Source of the DNA: a virus | Length of the DNA stretch: 64,000 nt | Reading direction: 5' to 3' (one strand) | Virus record (IMG/VR): IMGVR_UViG_3300048575_000503 | Shown here: positions 1 through 9,488 of the stretch, in pieces | Numbering within the stretch: the first letter of the stretch is position 1 | How the letters are laid out: each line of letters starts with the position of its first letter | The notes under the pieces: generated by a model | What the model saw: the letters and a program-made list of their open reading frames with translations, nothing else | Told to the model about the DNA's origin: nothing | Databases searched by the model: none | Made by a program: the position numbers and the translations under genes

Positions 1-494
1 ACGATACCGGCGAGCCTTTCCGAGATGTCGGCGAGCATCGGCCCGAGCTTGGTCACGTCGAAGCGACCCGCTGAGCCGACCGACACGCCGAAAGACCGGC
101 CGACCACCTTACCCCCGAAGGCGCAGCGCTGGAGATAGAGGAAGCGCGCCGCGCGCTCGAGGTCGGTGAGAGTTGCCGGGTCGGTTTTCAGGAGCCGGTC
201 GAAGTCTGCCCTCGAGGTGAGCTGAAACCGGAGCATGTCCATGAGAGGCACATAGTGCCGTTGGAGGATCCGGAAGAGGTTGGCAACATCGCCCGACCGG
301 TCGTTGATGACCTCGGCCGGTGGCGCCGCTTCTCGGCGGAAAAAGACACCGCCCATGCCGACGAACGGCTCGGCGTACGTCTGGTGAGGGATGCGGGCGA
401 TGAGCGCCACCAGGCGGGCAGAGAGTTGCTTCTTGCCGCCGATGTACGGTGCAGGGGGCGAGACAGGGCTCACCTCACGATACGCGTTTTCCAT
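1..494 (-). CDS. DNA adenine methyltransferase (Dam/D12 class), 3' end truncated by window edge
   Basis: Absent from ORF track; manual translation MENAYREVSPVSPPAPYIGGKKQL...YAEPFVGMGGVFF...EVIND...NLFRILQ shows the Dam-family PYxGGK, EPFxGxG and IND motifs. Confidence 0.9.
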   Translation of the reverse strand, partial: MENAYREVSPVSPPAPYIGGKKQLSARLVALIARIPHQTYAEPFVGMGGVFFRREAAPPAEVINDRSGDVANLFRILQRHYVPLMDMLRFQLTSRADFDRLLKTDPATLTDLERAARFLYLQRCAFGGKVVGRSFGVSVGSAGRFDVTKLGPMLADISERLAGI

Positions 495-684
495 ATTGTT
501 GATCGTCCCGACATGTGATGACTCGGCGGCGCGTCGCGGCGCACGGTGAGCAGTCTTGTTCGCGGGACTGAGTGGGAAATCTTGCCGGATGCACCCACTG
601 CTGACGGGCCGGCTGGCCCCGATGCCTCACCGGCCGGGCGAGGCGACCGCGCCGGCTGTGCCCGGCGCGGCGGTGCTGTTCTGA

Positions 685-1272
685 TCAGCGCGTGACGTCT
701 GCCATCAGAGCGTCGACAGTCCACCCCAACTTGCGCAAGCTGCCGTCGTTCTCGATGGCATGGTCGGGTTCGCCGAGATCGGCCGTCTCGCTGGCGTGCG
801 CACCCCTCGCGCCGTCGAGGCCGGCGCCCGGTCGCTCGATGCGGACGATGATGCCGCCAAGCGAGCGGATCGCTTCGACCTCGTTCGGAAACCGGACATC
901 GTCGACGACGACGATCAGGTCTTCCTCGTCCGCCGACGTTTCAAGCGCCAGCTTCTCGACGGACCGGCGCCACGCATCGATCCAGAGCGACGGCGACAGC
1001 GTCCGGCCCCACTCGGTGCCGAGCGTCTGCATGGCCTCGCGCGGGCTGCGGCCGCCGAGATACTCGGTCGGAACCTCTTTGAGATCGCCCGAAGTCATGC
1101 GGCAGGCCTCGGCGAGGCCGACGCCTTGGTCCTCGAGGAACCTCCGGAGCATCCGCTTCAGCGAATCGGCGAAAGCGCGGCGCTCGGTGTACCAGTTCTC
1201 CACCATGTGCCCGGCAACGGTCGTCTTCCCCGAGCCGGCGGCGCCGGTCAGGCCAATTACGGTCAGCGTCAT
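685..1272 (-). CDS. Deoxynucleoside monophosphate kinase (T4 gp1-like)
   Basis: P-loop GAAGSGKT, AFADSLK, PREAMQTLGTEWGR, DDVRFPNE, HASE. Confidence 0.9.
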   Translation of the reverse strand: MTLTVIGLTGAAGSGKTTVAGHMVENWYTERRAFADSLKRMLRRFLEDQGVGLAEACRMTSGDLKEVPTEYLGGRSPREAMQTLGTEWGRTLSPSLWIDAWRRSVEKLALETSADEEDLIVVVDDVRFPNEVEAIRSLGGIIVRIERPGAGLDGARGAHASETADLGEPDHAIENDGSLRKLGWTVDALMADVTR

Positions 1273-1276
1273 GGGG

Positions 1277-2578
1277 TTACTCCTGAGGAACGCGCACGGC
1301 CGGCACGCGCCAGCGCGGCCGCAGCTCGCGATCGGGCGCCGGAGAGGCGTAGAGTGCGCCTTCCGACGGCACGCCGACGTTGATCCACCTGGTGGTGGTC
1401 ACGCCGCGGCGGGGATGAATGGTCAGCCAGAGCTGACGGGCTGGTGCCGGCCGGAAGCGGCCATCGCGCGAGTACTCGCTCGGACCGGGGAGCGAGCCGT
1501 TGACGAAGCCCTCCTCAAGCTGCAGGGCGGTGTGAAAGTGGCCCATCAGGATCAGGTCGAGGTGAACGCCGCGGGCCGAGTAGTCGGCGACGATGCGCTT
1601 CATGCCGCGCGCGGCAGTCGCGGCCGGGCCGATGAAGCCCTGTCCGCCGCGGCTACCGATCCGGTCGCCGTGGGTGGCGAGGACGCGCCAGCCGTAGACC
1701 GGGAACAGAGCGTCGACCGACGAGGGGACGTAGAACGACACGTCGCGGCGCGGCCGGATGGCCATCTCGAGGAAATCGCTGACCAGCGTGTCGTAGCTCG
1801 TCTCGGCGCTCTCCTTGCTCTCCGGCTTCAGCGTCGACCGGCCGTGGTTGCCGGCGAGGCTGACGACGTCGATCGGGCATTCAAGGCGCCGGCGGAGCAG
1901 AGCAATGCCTTCGGCGAGGTGGCTGGCGCAGTCCTTGACAGCCGGCAGAGCCTTCGCCTCGTTCGTCTTGGCGAGCTCGGCGTGGATCTCGCCGGAGACG
2001 AGATCGCCGCCGAGGACAAGGATCAGCCGCGCCGGCGGCGGACCGGTCCAGTGCTTGGTGGCGAGATCGGCGACGGTCTGGAAATACCGGCCGATGCGCG
2101 CCCGGGCGATGTCGAGCGAGTAGCTGTTGAGGCCGTCCATCGCCTCGATCGACACGAACTCGCCCCAGTGGAGATCGGACAGGAACAGGACGATCGTCTC
2201 GGCCGAGGGATCGCCGCCGGCCGGCGCCCGGAACGCGACCGGCTCGAGCGGCGCCGAGGTCAGGCCGAAGACGCCGGCTCGGAGATCCTCGGCCGTTCTG
2301 GCGCGATCGAGAAGCGACCGGTTCTCGGCCGAGAGCGCCGCAACGCGTCCGCGAAGTCGGGCGATCTCGACCGGATCGGCCGGGGCTGGCGTCCGAGCCG
2401 TCGCGGGCGCCGGCGAGCCAGCGCTTTCCGACAGCATGGCCTTGCGGATCGCCCAGACGCTGGCCCGGCGACACCCGATCGCCTCGGCGATTGCGCTCGG
2501 CTTGTCCCCGGCAGCGAGGCGCCGCCGGATCTCCGTGCGTTCGTCCTCGGTGAGGTGCTTTCCGACGGGCCGCTTCAT
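1277..2578 (-). CDS. HTH + coiled-coil + calcineurin-like metallophosphoesterase
   Basis: N-terminal HTH (HLTEDERTEI...AIAEAIGCRRASVWAI); metallophosphoesterase motifs SDLH, GGD, GNHG, HGD, GHFH. Confidence 0.85.
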   Translation of the reverse strand: MKRPVGKHLTEDERTEIRRRLAAGDKPSAIAEAIGCRRASVWAIRKAMLSESAGSPAPATARTPAPADPVEIARLRGRVAALSAENRSLLDRARTAEDLRAGVFGLTSAPLEPVAFRAPAGGDPSAETIVLFLSDLHWGEFVSIEAMDGLNSYSLDIARARIGRYFQTVADLATKHWTGPPPARLILVLGGDLVSGEIHAELAKTNEAKALPAVKDCASHLAEGIALLRRRLECPIDVVSLAGNHGRSTLKPESKESAETSYDTLVSDFLEMAIRPRRDVSFYVPSSVDALFPVYGWRVLATHGDRIGSRGGQGFIGPAATAARGMKRIVADYSARGVHLDLILMGHFHTALQLEEGFVNGSLPGPSEYSRDGRFRPAPARQLWLTIHPRRGVTTTRWINVGVPSEGALYASPAPDRELRPRWRVPAVRVPQE

Positions 2579-2958
2579 GCCGACGGCTCCTGGCTCTCGG
2601 CCTTGGCGCGACGCCGGCGGGCGGGCGGCTGCCCGCCGAGGATGACGATCTGCTGTTCGAGGCCGCCGATCTGGCCGACCAGCTGCTCGATCTCGCCGGA
2701 CTGAGCGTCGATCTTCCGGCTCTGCGCCTCGATGAGCAGCCGCATTTCCGCGATCTCATCGCGGAGCGAAGCGGATTCGCTGTCAGCCCGGTCGAGCGCG
2801 GCCGTGTAGTGCTCGACCACCTTGTCGATGGCGCGCGACAGCGTCTCCTGCATGTCCGGGGCTTTCTCCGCCCGCTTGACCAGCCAGGTGCCTAGGGCAC
2901 CTACGACGGCGCCGGCAAACCCGGAGAGAGCCGGCGCGAGGTATGCGAGGTCGATCAT
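2575..2958 (-). CDS. Lysis-cassette membrane protein (one TM + coiled coil; holin/antiholin-like)
   Basis: Start re-assigned to MIDLAYLAPALSGFAGAVVGALG; hydrophobic N-terminus then heptad-rich region; overlaps both neighbours by 4 nt. Confidence 0.6.
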   Translation of the reverse strand: MIDLAYLAPALSGFAGAVVGALGTWLVKRAEKAPDMQETLSRAIDKVVEHYTAALDRADSESASLRDEIAEMRLLIEAQSRKIDAQSGEIEQLVGQIGGLEQQIVILGGQPPARRRRAKAESQEPSA

Positions 2959-3278
2959 CGAGCGTCCTTTCCGGCGAGCCCAGCCCGCACGTCGTCGTAA
3001 AACTTGGAACAGTTGTCGGTTGTGCGGTCCTTGGCGTCCGCGACGATCTCCCAGCGCCTCTGAACCCACCGGGCCTTCTCCCCGATCTTCGGGACGACCC
3101 GGTCCATGTGTTCGCGGCAGCTCGGCGGCCATTCGGCGAGGGTGATGCCGGCGGCGACCCGTCCGGCAACAGCCGCGGCCGCGTCGATCCGAGCCTCGTC
3201 AGTGCTGCGACAGCCAGCGAAGATCGTCGGCAGAAAAAGCGCAGCCGTCAGAGCCATTGTCCGCGGCAATCGCCGCAT
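2955..3278 (-). CDS. o-spanin (Rz1-like lipoprotein)
   Basis: Signal peptide with lipobox IFAG-C; overlaps 3' end of the i-spanin gene. Confidence 0.75.
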   Translation of the reverse strand: MRRLPRTMALTAALFLPTIFAGCRSTDEARIDAAAAVAGRVAAGITLAEWPPSCREHMDRVVPKIGEKARWVQRRWEIVADAKDRTTDNCSKFYDDVRAGLAGKDAR

Positions 3279-3627
3279 CGAGTTTCGCAAGAGCATCGGC
3301 AGTTTCCTTCTTCGCCTCGATGGCGCGCGCGCGGTCGACCTCGGCCGCCGCCTCGGCGACCCGCTTCTGTCGATCGACTTCATTGAGAACAGTGCGGAGA
3401 GCGGTGATTTCCGACCGGGCAACCAGGCCCGCCTTTGCGGTCTCGACCGCGGTCGCAACGCGGCCGTTGATCAGCTGACCGATGAGCGGCAGGCGCAGCC
3501 CTTCGTAGGTGAAAGTCACCATCGCCGCGGCGATGATCGCACCAACAAGAAAGCCGCCGATCGCGAGGATGGCGGCCTTGAGCTTGTCGGAGAGGAGCGA
3601 CCATCCGGTCGCGAGGAGTGCGGTCAT
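3199..3627 (-). CDS. i-spanin (Rz-like)
   Basis: N-terminal TM helix, Ala-rich coiled coil, C-terminal Cys (DGCAFSADDLRW); follows endolysin. Confidence 0.75.
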   Translation of the reverse strand: MTALLATGWSLLSDKLKAAILAIGGFLVGAIIAAAMVTFTYEGLRLPLIGQLINGRVATAVETAKAGLVARSEITALRTVLNEVDRQKRVAEAAAEVDRARAIEAKKETADALAKLDAAIAADNGSDGCAFSADDLRWLSQH

Positions 3628-4139
3628 TTCAGACCCTCGAGGCAGAGTTCCTCCTCGCCCATGCGCGAGGCGTCGCCGTCGGTGCGGCGGTTGGTGAGGC
3701 CGGGAACCGGCTTCAGCACGCCGAAGACCCGTGCTTTGTCGAAGTTCGTCAGGAGGCGGCACGCATCCTCATAGCAGCCAGCGGTGATCGCCCTGGCCGC
3801 TTGCGAACGGATGACGGGCGAGACGCCGACATTGTAGGCCACAGAGATCGCCGAGGCCTGGAGGCTCACCGGAGCGGCATCGAAGCCCCGAATGGAGCGG
3901 CGGAGCGGCTCGTAGTAGTCGGGACCGACGCGCGCCTTGAGCTTGGCGTCGCAGTCCGCCTTGGTGAAGCGCTGGCCGAGGCGGACGCCAACGGTCTCGC
4001 CGTAGCAGACGGTCAGCACGCCGACGATGTCGCGATAGGGCACCGTCGACATGCCTTCCCACGGCGCGATCAGGTAGGTGCTGGCCAGCGCCACGGCCCC
4101 CATGCCGCTCGCCAGCGCGGCTTTCGCCCGCTTACTCAT
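3624..4139 (-). CDS. Endolysin, GH24 lysozyme, probable SAR type
   Basis: E-x8-D-x5-T triad (WEGMSTVPYRDIVGVLT..CYGET), GLTNRR; weakly hydrophobic N-terminal anchor. Confidence 0.92.
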   Translation of the reverse strand: MSKRAKAALASGMGAVALASTYLIAPWEGMSTVPYRDIVGVLTVCYGETVGVRLGQRFTKADCDAKLKARVGPDYYEPLRRSIRGFDAAPVSLQASAISVAYNVGVSPVIRSQAARAITAGCYEDACRLLTNFDKARVFGVLKPVPGLTNRRTDGDASRMGEEELCLEGLK

Positions 4140-4365
4140 CGTGGAATTCCTTCTGCAGGATGACGCGGGCCGGGATGGCCGCGATCATGAGGGCAAGGCC
4201 GACGAGCCGAAGCGCGAGGCTGGCGAGCGGCGAGAGGTAGGTGACCTCGATCGCCCACTGCGCGATCTCGGCGAGGACGAGCACGGCAACGGCCGCGTAG
4301 ACGAGCCGCATCGACCAGGCGCGCCAAAGCACCCGGCGCCATTCGGCGACGAGATTGAAAGACAT
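4132..4365 (-). CDS. Holin
   Basis: 77 aa, two TM segments, W..AWSMRL motif, directly upstream of lysozyme. Confidence 0.75.
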   Translation of the reverse strand: MSFNLVAEWRRVLWRAWSMRLVYAAVAVLVLAEIAQWAIEVTYLSPLASLALRLVGLALMIAAIPARVILQKEFHDE

Positions 4366-4392
4366 GGGTTCTCCTGATGTGCCCTGCCGCCG

Positions 4393-5412
4393 TCAGTCTT
4401 CCGGGGCAGTCTTCGCCGCGCCGATCTTGCCCTCGACGCGGCAGCTGTAGCCGCCCTTGGCAAACCGGTGGCTGACGGTCGAGATGGTGTAGATCCGGCC
4501 ATCGAGCCCCGGGCGGACGCCGTCGAGGCGGAACTTCATCCCGGCCCGGACCGACGTGTCACCGACGAGCCCGAACGACACCTGACTGTCGCCCGCCTTG
4601 AGGCTCGAAGCCTTGGCCGAGGCAGCTTTGTCCGCCTCCTCGAGGCTGCCGAACGGTTCAGCGATGCGGTAGGTACCACTAGCCTCCTTGTCGGCGTCGA
4701 TCTCGACCTCGACCCTCTTGGCCTTGTCGTCATCCTGATAATAGGCGGACACCTTGGCGTAGGATCCGCGAGTGGCGTCCTGAAAACTGAAGCTGTTTCT
4801 GAGGATCATCGTCGGCGTGATGACCAATTCACCGAGCGATTTGCCGCTGACCGTCGTTCCGGCGCCCTTGTCGGCGACGATCAGCTTGCCATCCTTGATC
4901 GAGAAGAGACCGCCGTGGCGGCGGGCGAGGCGCTCGACGAAATGCAGCGGCCCCTCGTTGAGCTGCCCGAGCCAGGGATAGACGAACGCGCCGATGCGGT
5001 CGGAGACCTTCGCCTCGAGCCCCATGTCGCGGGCAACGTCGCCGACGATCTCCTTGACTGACTTCTGGTCCCAGTGGCGTTCCGAGCGGGTCTTCTGCGG
5101 CCCGGACTTGAGGTCGGCTGCCTTGCCGGAGATGGAGAGGCTGTAAGGCAGGCAGGCACCCGAGACGTCATCGATCGTGAAGCGACCGAAGTTCCGGTCG
5201 CTTCCGGGAACGTCGCGATATCCGATGACCGGCACCACCACCGCGCCTTTGCGGGGCAGGGCGAGGAAGGCGGGAGGTCCGTCCAGAAGTTCCGCCCGGA
5301 ACGTGTCGGATTTGGTGCCGTCGGCATCGGTGATCTCGAGCGAGGTGAGGCGCTCGTAGAAAGTCCCGGCGACGGGCTGGCCGTCGACGGTGAGATTGAC
5401 GAACGGGTGCAT
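4393..5412 (-). CDS. P2 gpD-like late control / baseplate hub protein
   Basis: ITDADGTKSD start, QLNEGPLHFVERLARRHG, position after gpX. Confidence 0.88.
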   Translation of the reverse strand: MHPFVNLTVDGQPVAGTFYERLTSLEITDADGTKSDTFRAELLDGPPAFLALPRKGAVVVPVIGYRDVPGSDRNFGRFTIDDVSGACLPYSLSISGKAADLKSGPQKTRSERHWDQKSVKEIVGDVARDMGLEAKVSDRIGAFVYPWLGQLNEGPLHFVERLARRHGGLFSIKDGKLIVADKGAGTTVSGKSLGELVITPTMILRNSFSFQDATRGSYAKVSAYYQDDDKAKRVEVEIDADKEASGTYRIAEPFGSLEEADKAASAKASSLKAGDSQVSFGLVGDTSVRAGMKFRLDGVRPGLDGRIYTISTVSHRFAKGGYSCRVEGKIGAAKTAPED

Positions 5413-5413
5413 G

Positions 5414-5626
5414 TCAGTCCCAGAGGCTGATGGTTTCGGCTGAAGCCGTCGACGTGTCGAGATCCGGCAGGCTGACCGGCGTGGCGAACGGCAACACCGC
5501 GCCGAGGGAGGCGAGGCCGGGGTTTGCGGCGAGCACGCCCTCGACCGCGCCCTTGGTGCTGCCGTAGTGGCGCCAGCAGATGAGATCGAGCGTGTCCCCC
5601 TGCTGCGATTGCACGATCTTGGCCAT
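5414..5626 (-). CDS. P2 gpX-like tail protein (LysM-like)
   Basis: QGDTLDLICWRHYG...VLAANPGL...ISLWD. Confidence 0.92.
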   Translation of the reverse strand: MAKIVQSQQGDTLDLICWRHYGSTKGAVEGVLAANPGLASLGAVLPFATPVSLPDLDTSTASAETISLWD

Positions 5627-5629
5627 TGA

Positions 5630-6076
5630 TTATCCGAAGAGGCTGAGCAGGCTGCCGAGCAGCGTCTGCATGGATGCGCGGCTGGAACCGTAGCGCTTCA
5701 GTGTGATCGAGTAGGCGTTGCGCCGAGGCGTGCCGAACCGATCGATGAAGCTGCGATCCTCGCTGACGCCCTGGATCGTGAAATAGCCGTGGATCTGTCC
5801 GCTGGCGGCCGATCCGGAGACGAACATCAGCTTCTCGCCGGCGAGCGCCGCCGCCGTGAGACCGTTGAGGGAGGCCTGTCCACCGAGTTCGGCCGGGAAC
5901 AGCACGCCCTTGATCGTGACCTCGTCGGATTTCGGGCCGACCCACTGCTGGGCGTCGAACGCCTGCGCCACCTCGATCGACGCCCAGGACGTGTCGATCT
6001 GGCGCTGGAGCCCGTCGAAGCCGAACCCCAGCGCTTCGAAGGCGAAGCCTCCGAGCATCATCACCACCGGTCCCAT
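5630..6076 (-). CDS. P2 gpU-like tail tube initiator
   Basis: MMLGGFAFE...QWVGPKSDEVTIKGVLFP; follows tape measure. Confidence 0.88.
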   Translation of the reverse strand: MGPVVMMLGGFAFEALGFGFDGLQRQIDTSWASIEVAQAFDAQQWVGPKSDEVTIKGVLFPAELGGQASLNGLTAAALAGEKLMFVSGSAASGQIHGYFTIQGVSEDRSFIDRFGTPRRNAYSITLKRYGSSRASMQTLLGSLLSLFG

Positions 6077-6077
6077 G

Positions 6078-8393
6078 TCACACCGTCCCGTCTGCGAATG
6101 CGCCGTCGAGGGCGTCGCGGATACGCGAGCCGAGCTCCTCGGCGACGCTCTTCATCGACCGGCCATCACTCACCATGCCGAGATTGACGGTGATGCCGCC
6201 GACGTGGATGACGCGGCCGCCAGAGCCGCCGCCCGCACGGCGAGCATCGGCATTCGAGGTGATGTAGCCATCAGCCCCGGGCGTAAACAGTTCCCGGCCG
6301 CGTTCGCCCACCTCGTAGATCTTGCCGAACTCGACCGGGCCGCCGCCAGCGCGGGCGCCGGCGATCGGCGGCGAAGGGGCAGGCTCGGGCGTGCCCCCGG
6401 TCAGCCTCGTCCACCAGGCCGGTGGCGACGGCCAGTGGATGAGGCTGCCGATGTCGATGCTGCCGATGGCCTCGAGGATCCGGCCCGGCAGCGACTTGAA
6501 CCAGTCGACGAGCGAGGCGATGCGTTCCTTGACGGAGTTGATCATCCGGTCGGCTACGTCATAGCCGGCCTGCGAAAAGCCCGCTTTCTGTTCATCGGAA
6601 AGCACTTCCCGCGAGAAGAACGAGCCGATCCACGTAACGGCCTGACGGATCTTCTCGCCAGCAACCGAGAACGCTTCGCCCACTGCCGAGACGGCCGTCC
6701 CGATCGGTGCGAACAGTGGCTGCACGAGGTTGAAGGCTGGCGCCAGTTCCTCCCCGATGCGCTTGGCGACGCCCGAGATGACCGACGAAATGCGATCCCA
6801 ATACACCCAGAGCGTCGCACCAGCTGCTGCCACTGCGAGGACCGCCGCGGCGACCCCGGCCCAGACCGGCGCGGTGATCGTGGCAACCGCCGATCCAACG
6901 GCGGTAATGGCGCCGCTCAGGAGAGAGAAGCCGGGCACGGCAAGAGCAATGGCGCGGACGGCGGTGCCGATCCGCATGAGACCGGTGTACTTGGCGCCGC
7001 TCATGCCGGCGAGCGCAGTCTGCAAGCCGATGGCGCTCTGAACTGCCGAGGACACGCCGGAGAAGGCACGCCCGACCGACCGGACAGCAACGGCGGAGCC
7101 TAGCGCTGCCACCTTGAGCGAGGTCAACCCGTAGCCGGCAACGAATGCGGCGAGGCGGAACCCGAGTAGCGCGCCGGTGGCCATAACGAGGCCCTGCGTC
7201 AGCTGAGGGTGCGCCGCCGCGAAGTCCGTCATGGCGCCGACGAACGGGCCGATGGTGTCGAGCGCTCCCGAAAGTGCAGGCAGAAGGGCGTTACCGACGG
7301 TGATCGAGAGGCCGGCCAACTTGTTCTGGAAGAGCTGCAGCTTGTTGGCGAAGGTTGCCGCCCGCGCCTCATACTCCTTGCTGGCGGAGCCCGCGTAGCT
7401 TGTCTCGTCAGCCACCATGCCGAGCGACGACTTGAGAAGATCAAGGTTCGAGATGAGGGGCATCAACGCCCGTGCCTCATCGCCGAAGAGCTGGGAGGCG
7501 ATGGCGGACTGCTGGTACTTCGGCAGCTTGTTGATCGCCTCGAGGACGCGAAGCGTCGTGCCGACGGCGTCCTTCTGCATCGACTTCGACACCTTGACGG
7601 CATCGAGGCCGAGCGCCCGGAAAGCCTTGCGCTGGGCTTTCGTGGCGGAGCCGCCCTTGGTCAGCGCCTTGCCCATGTTCCGGAAGCTGGTCGAAGCGAC
7701 ATCGGCTTCGGCGCCGGCCGAGAGCATGGCCGAACCGAAGGCGGACGTCTGGACGGCGGTGAAGCCGAACATCTTGCCGTCCGAGCCCGCGCGACGGAAG
7801 AATTCGAGGATGTCGGCGGCGCTCGACGCCTGGCTGTTGGAGAGGTAGTTCATGGCGTCGGCGAGCTTGCCGACGTCGGTCACCGAAAGGTTCAGCGCCG
7901 TCATCATCTTGGCGAGGCTGTCGCCGGCGGTCTCGGCGGAGATGTCGAAGGCGACGCCGACCTTGGCCGCAAGCTCGGTGAAGGTGAGCAGATCCTTGTT
8001 GGCGATGCCGGACTGGCCGGCGGCTGCGACGATCTTGGTGAGGGCGTCGGCGGCCATCGGAATGCGCGTCGACATGTCGAGGACGTCGGACTTGAAGCGC
8101 TCGAAGGAGGCAGGCGTCTCGAAGTCAACGACCTTCTTGACGTCGGCCATCGCACTCTCGAAATCCATCGCCGCCTTGACTGGCGCGGCGAGGGCGCGAC
8201 CGACCGCGTAGCCGGCCGCGGCGACGCCAAGGATCGACGAGTGGTAGCCGGCGAGCTTGCTCCTCGAGGCGGCGAGCGAGCTGTCGAGGCTCCGCGATGC
8301 GCCGGCGAGCCCTTTCATGCCGCGGGCAACTGCTGCCGACGGCCCGGAGAACCGGTCCAGCAGGCTGACGACCAGCGTCGATGCGAGCTTCAT
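6078..8393 (-). CDS. Tail tape measure protein (TP901 family)
   Basis: AMDFESAMADVKKV core, Ala/Gly-rich helical repeats, C-terminal GGPV..GKIYEVGERGRELF. Confidence 0.93.
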   Translation of the reverse strand: MKLASTLVVSLLDRFSGPSAAVARGMKGLAGASRSLDSSLAASRSKLAGYHSSILGVAAAGYAVGRALAAPVKAAMDFESAMADVKKVVDFETPASFERFKSDVLDMSTRIPMAADALTKIVAAAGQSGIANKDLLTFTELAAKVGVAFDISAETAGDSLAKMMTALNLSVTDVGKLADAMNYLSNSQASSAADILEFFRRAGSDGKMFGFTAVQTSAFGSAMLSAGAEADVASTSFRNMGKALTKGGSATKAQRKAFRALGLDAVKVSKSMQKDAVGTTLRVLEAINKLPKYQQSAIASQLFGDEARALMPLISNLDLLKSSLGMVADETSYAGSASKEYEARAATFANKLQLFQNKLAGLSITVGNALLPALSGALDTIGPFVGAMTDFAAAHPQLTQGLVMATGALLGFRLAAFVAGYGLTSLKVAALGSAVAVRSVGRAFSGVSSAVQSAIGLQTALAGMSGAKYTGLMRIGTAVRAIALAVPGFSLLSGAITAVGSAVATITAPVWAGVAAAVLAVAAAGATLWVYWDRISSVISGVAKRIGEELAPAFNLVQPLFAPIGTAVSAVGEAFSVAGEKIRQAVTWIGSFFSREVLSDEQKAGFSQAGYDVADRMINSVKERIASLVDWFKSLPGRILEAIGSIDIGSLIHWPSPPAWWTRLTGGTPEPAPSPPIAGARAGGGPVEFGKIYEVGERGRELFTPGADGYITSNADARRAGGGSGGRVIHVGGITVNLGMVSDGRSMKSVAEELGSRIRDALDGAFADGTV

Positions 8394-8534
8394 GATGTGA
8401 CCAGTCCTTTCCGTTTCCGCGCCTTGACGGTTGAGGCGCGGATGCCGTCGTTCAGCGGTCGGTAGTATTTGGGGGAATGACGAGAGTTGACGCGGCAGGT
8501 GTCGTCTGACGATGCGTCGCCAAGTCCTACGGCT

Positions 8535-8696
8535 TCACGCCGTGACCGGGCGGCGCTTCGCCTCGATCAGCCGCAGTGCCGAGTTGAGGTAGCGGGTGGC
8601 CTTGCTGACCGAAAAGCGCTCGACCTCGTTGATCGGGGTCGAGCACTCCGCGGCGATCAGCACGATCTTGTCAGTCCACCCGCTCAGCCGTTTCCC
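8535..8696 (-). CDS. GpE'-like -1 frameshift extension of the tail chaperone
   Basis: Slippery G-GGA-AAC at 8696-8690 just before the gpE stop; -1 frame open to TGA at 8537-8535 (GKRLSGWTDKIVLIAAECSTPINEVERF...). Confidence 0.75.
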   Translation of the reverse strand, partial: GKRLSGWTDKIVLIAAECSTPINEVERFSVSKATRYLNSALRLIEAKRRPVTA

Positions 8697-8959
8697 TCGG
8701 CGCCGTTGACGATCGGCATGATGATCTCGTTGAGGGCGACGAAGTCCACGGGCTTCAGCCGCTTCGCCGTGGCGTAGGTGATGCCGCAGAGCGCGGCGAT
8801 GAGCGCGATCGTCTTGTGCATGCCGCCCTCGACGGCATCGGAAGCGGCGAGGTCGCCGCAGTCCGGATCGTCGTTGAGGGTGAGTTCGGTCAGCATCGCG
8901 CTGTCGTCATCGGGCTTGACCGGGATCGGGCGCTTGAGGGTGTAGGTCTTCGTCGTCAT
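8684..8959 (-). CDS. Tail assembly chaperone (P2 gpE / Mu gp41-like)
   Basis: YTLKRPI...ELTL...IAALCG...RLKPVDF; between tube and tape measure. Confidence 0.85.
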   Translation of the reverse strand: MTTKTYTLKRPIPVKPDDDSAMLTELTLNDDPDCGDLAASDAVEGGMHKTIALIAALCGITYATAKRLKPVDFVALNEIIMPIVNGAEGNG

Positions 8960-8970
8960 GGCAGGTTCCT

Positions 8971-9477
8971 TCAGATGAGCAGGGCGTTGCGGATCGAGGT
9001 CTCCGAGCTGGTCCCGCCGACCAGGACGTCGAAGTCATCGATTTCGAGGATCGGGTTGCCGTCGACCTCGAGCTTGTAGCGATTGACCGAGCAGGTGAGG
9101 TCATTTTCGCTGACCTCGCCGGGCTTCCAGCTGCCCGGATTGGTGGTCTTGAGACGGCCGTAGATGGTCAGGACGGCGCTATGCATCGTGCCGTCCTCGT
9201 CGCCGAGGGCGCCGGTGACCATGAACGGCGTCTCCTTGCCCGGGGCGAGGCCGAACAGCTTGAGGATCTGGGGATCGAACCCCGGCATCTTGAAGCTGAA
9301 CTCGAGCTTCTCGTAGCCGAGAGAAACCTCGCGCGGCTTGACCATGCCGGAGTTACGGATTTCCTCCATTTTCTCGGTCGGAACCGGGATGGTGATGTCG
9401 CCGATCTGGCCGATCTTGGACGTCTTGTCGGCCCAGAGCATGCAGTTGCGGAGGAGAAAGCTGGGAAGGTTGGACAT
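8971..9477 (-). CDS. Major tail tube protein (P2 FII-like)
   Basis: Follows sheath; KMEEIRNSGM...LGYEKLEFSFK, WKPGE..E. Confidence 0.92.
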   Translation of the reverse strand: MSNLPSFLLRNCMLWADKTSKIGQIGDITIPVPTEKMEEIRNSGMVKPREVSLGYEKLEFSFKMPGFDPQILKLFGLAPGKETPFMVTGALGDEDGTMHSAVLTIYGRLKTTNPGSWKPGEVSENDLTCSVNRYKLEVDGNPILEIDDFDVLVGGTSSETSIRNALLI

Positions 9478-9488
9478 GTCGGTCTCCG

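Noticed and set aside
692-2704. Long plus-strand ORFs opposite phage genes (also 14303-15580, 20536-22008, 23655-25043, 29464-31185)
   Set aside because: Antisense shadows of GC3-rich genes; Arg/Ala/Gly-rich with no motifs, while the minus strand carries clear families
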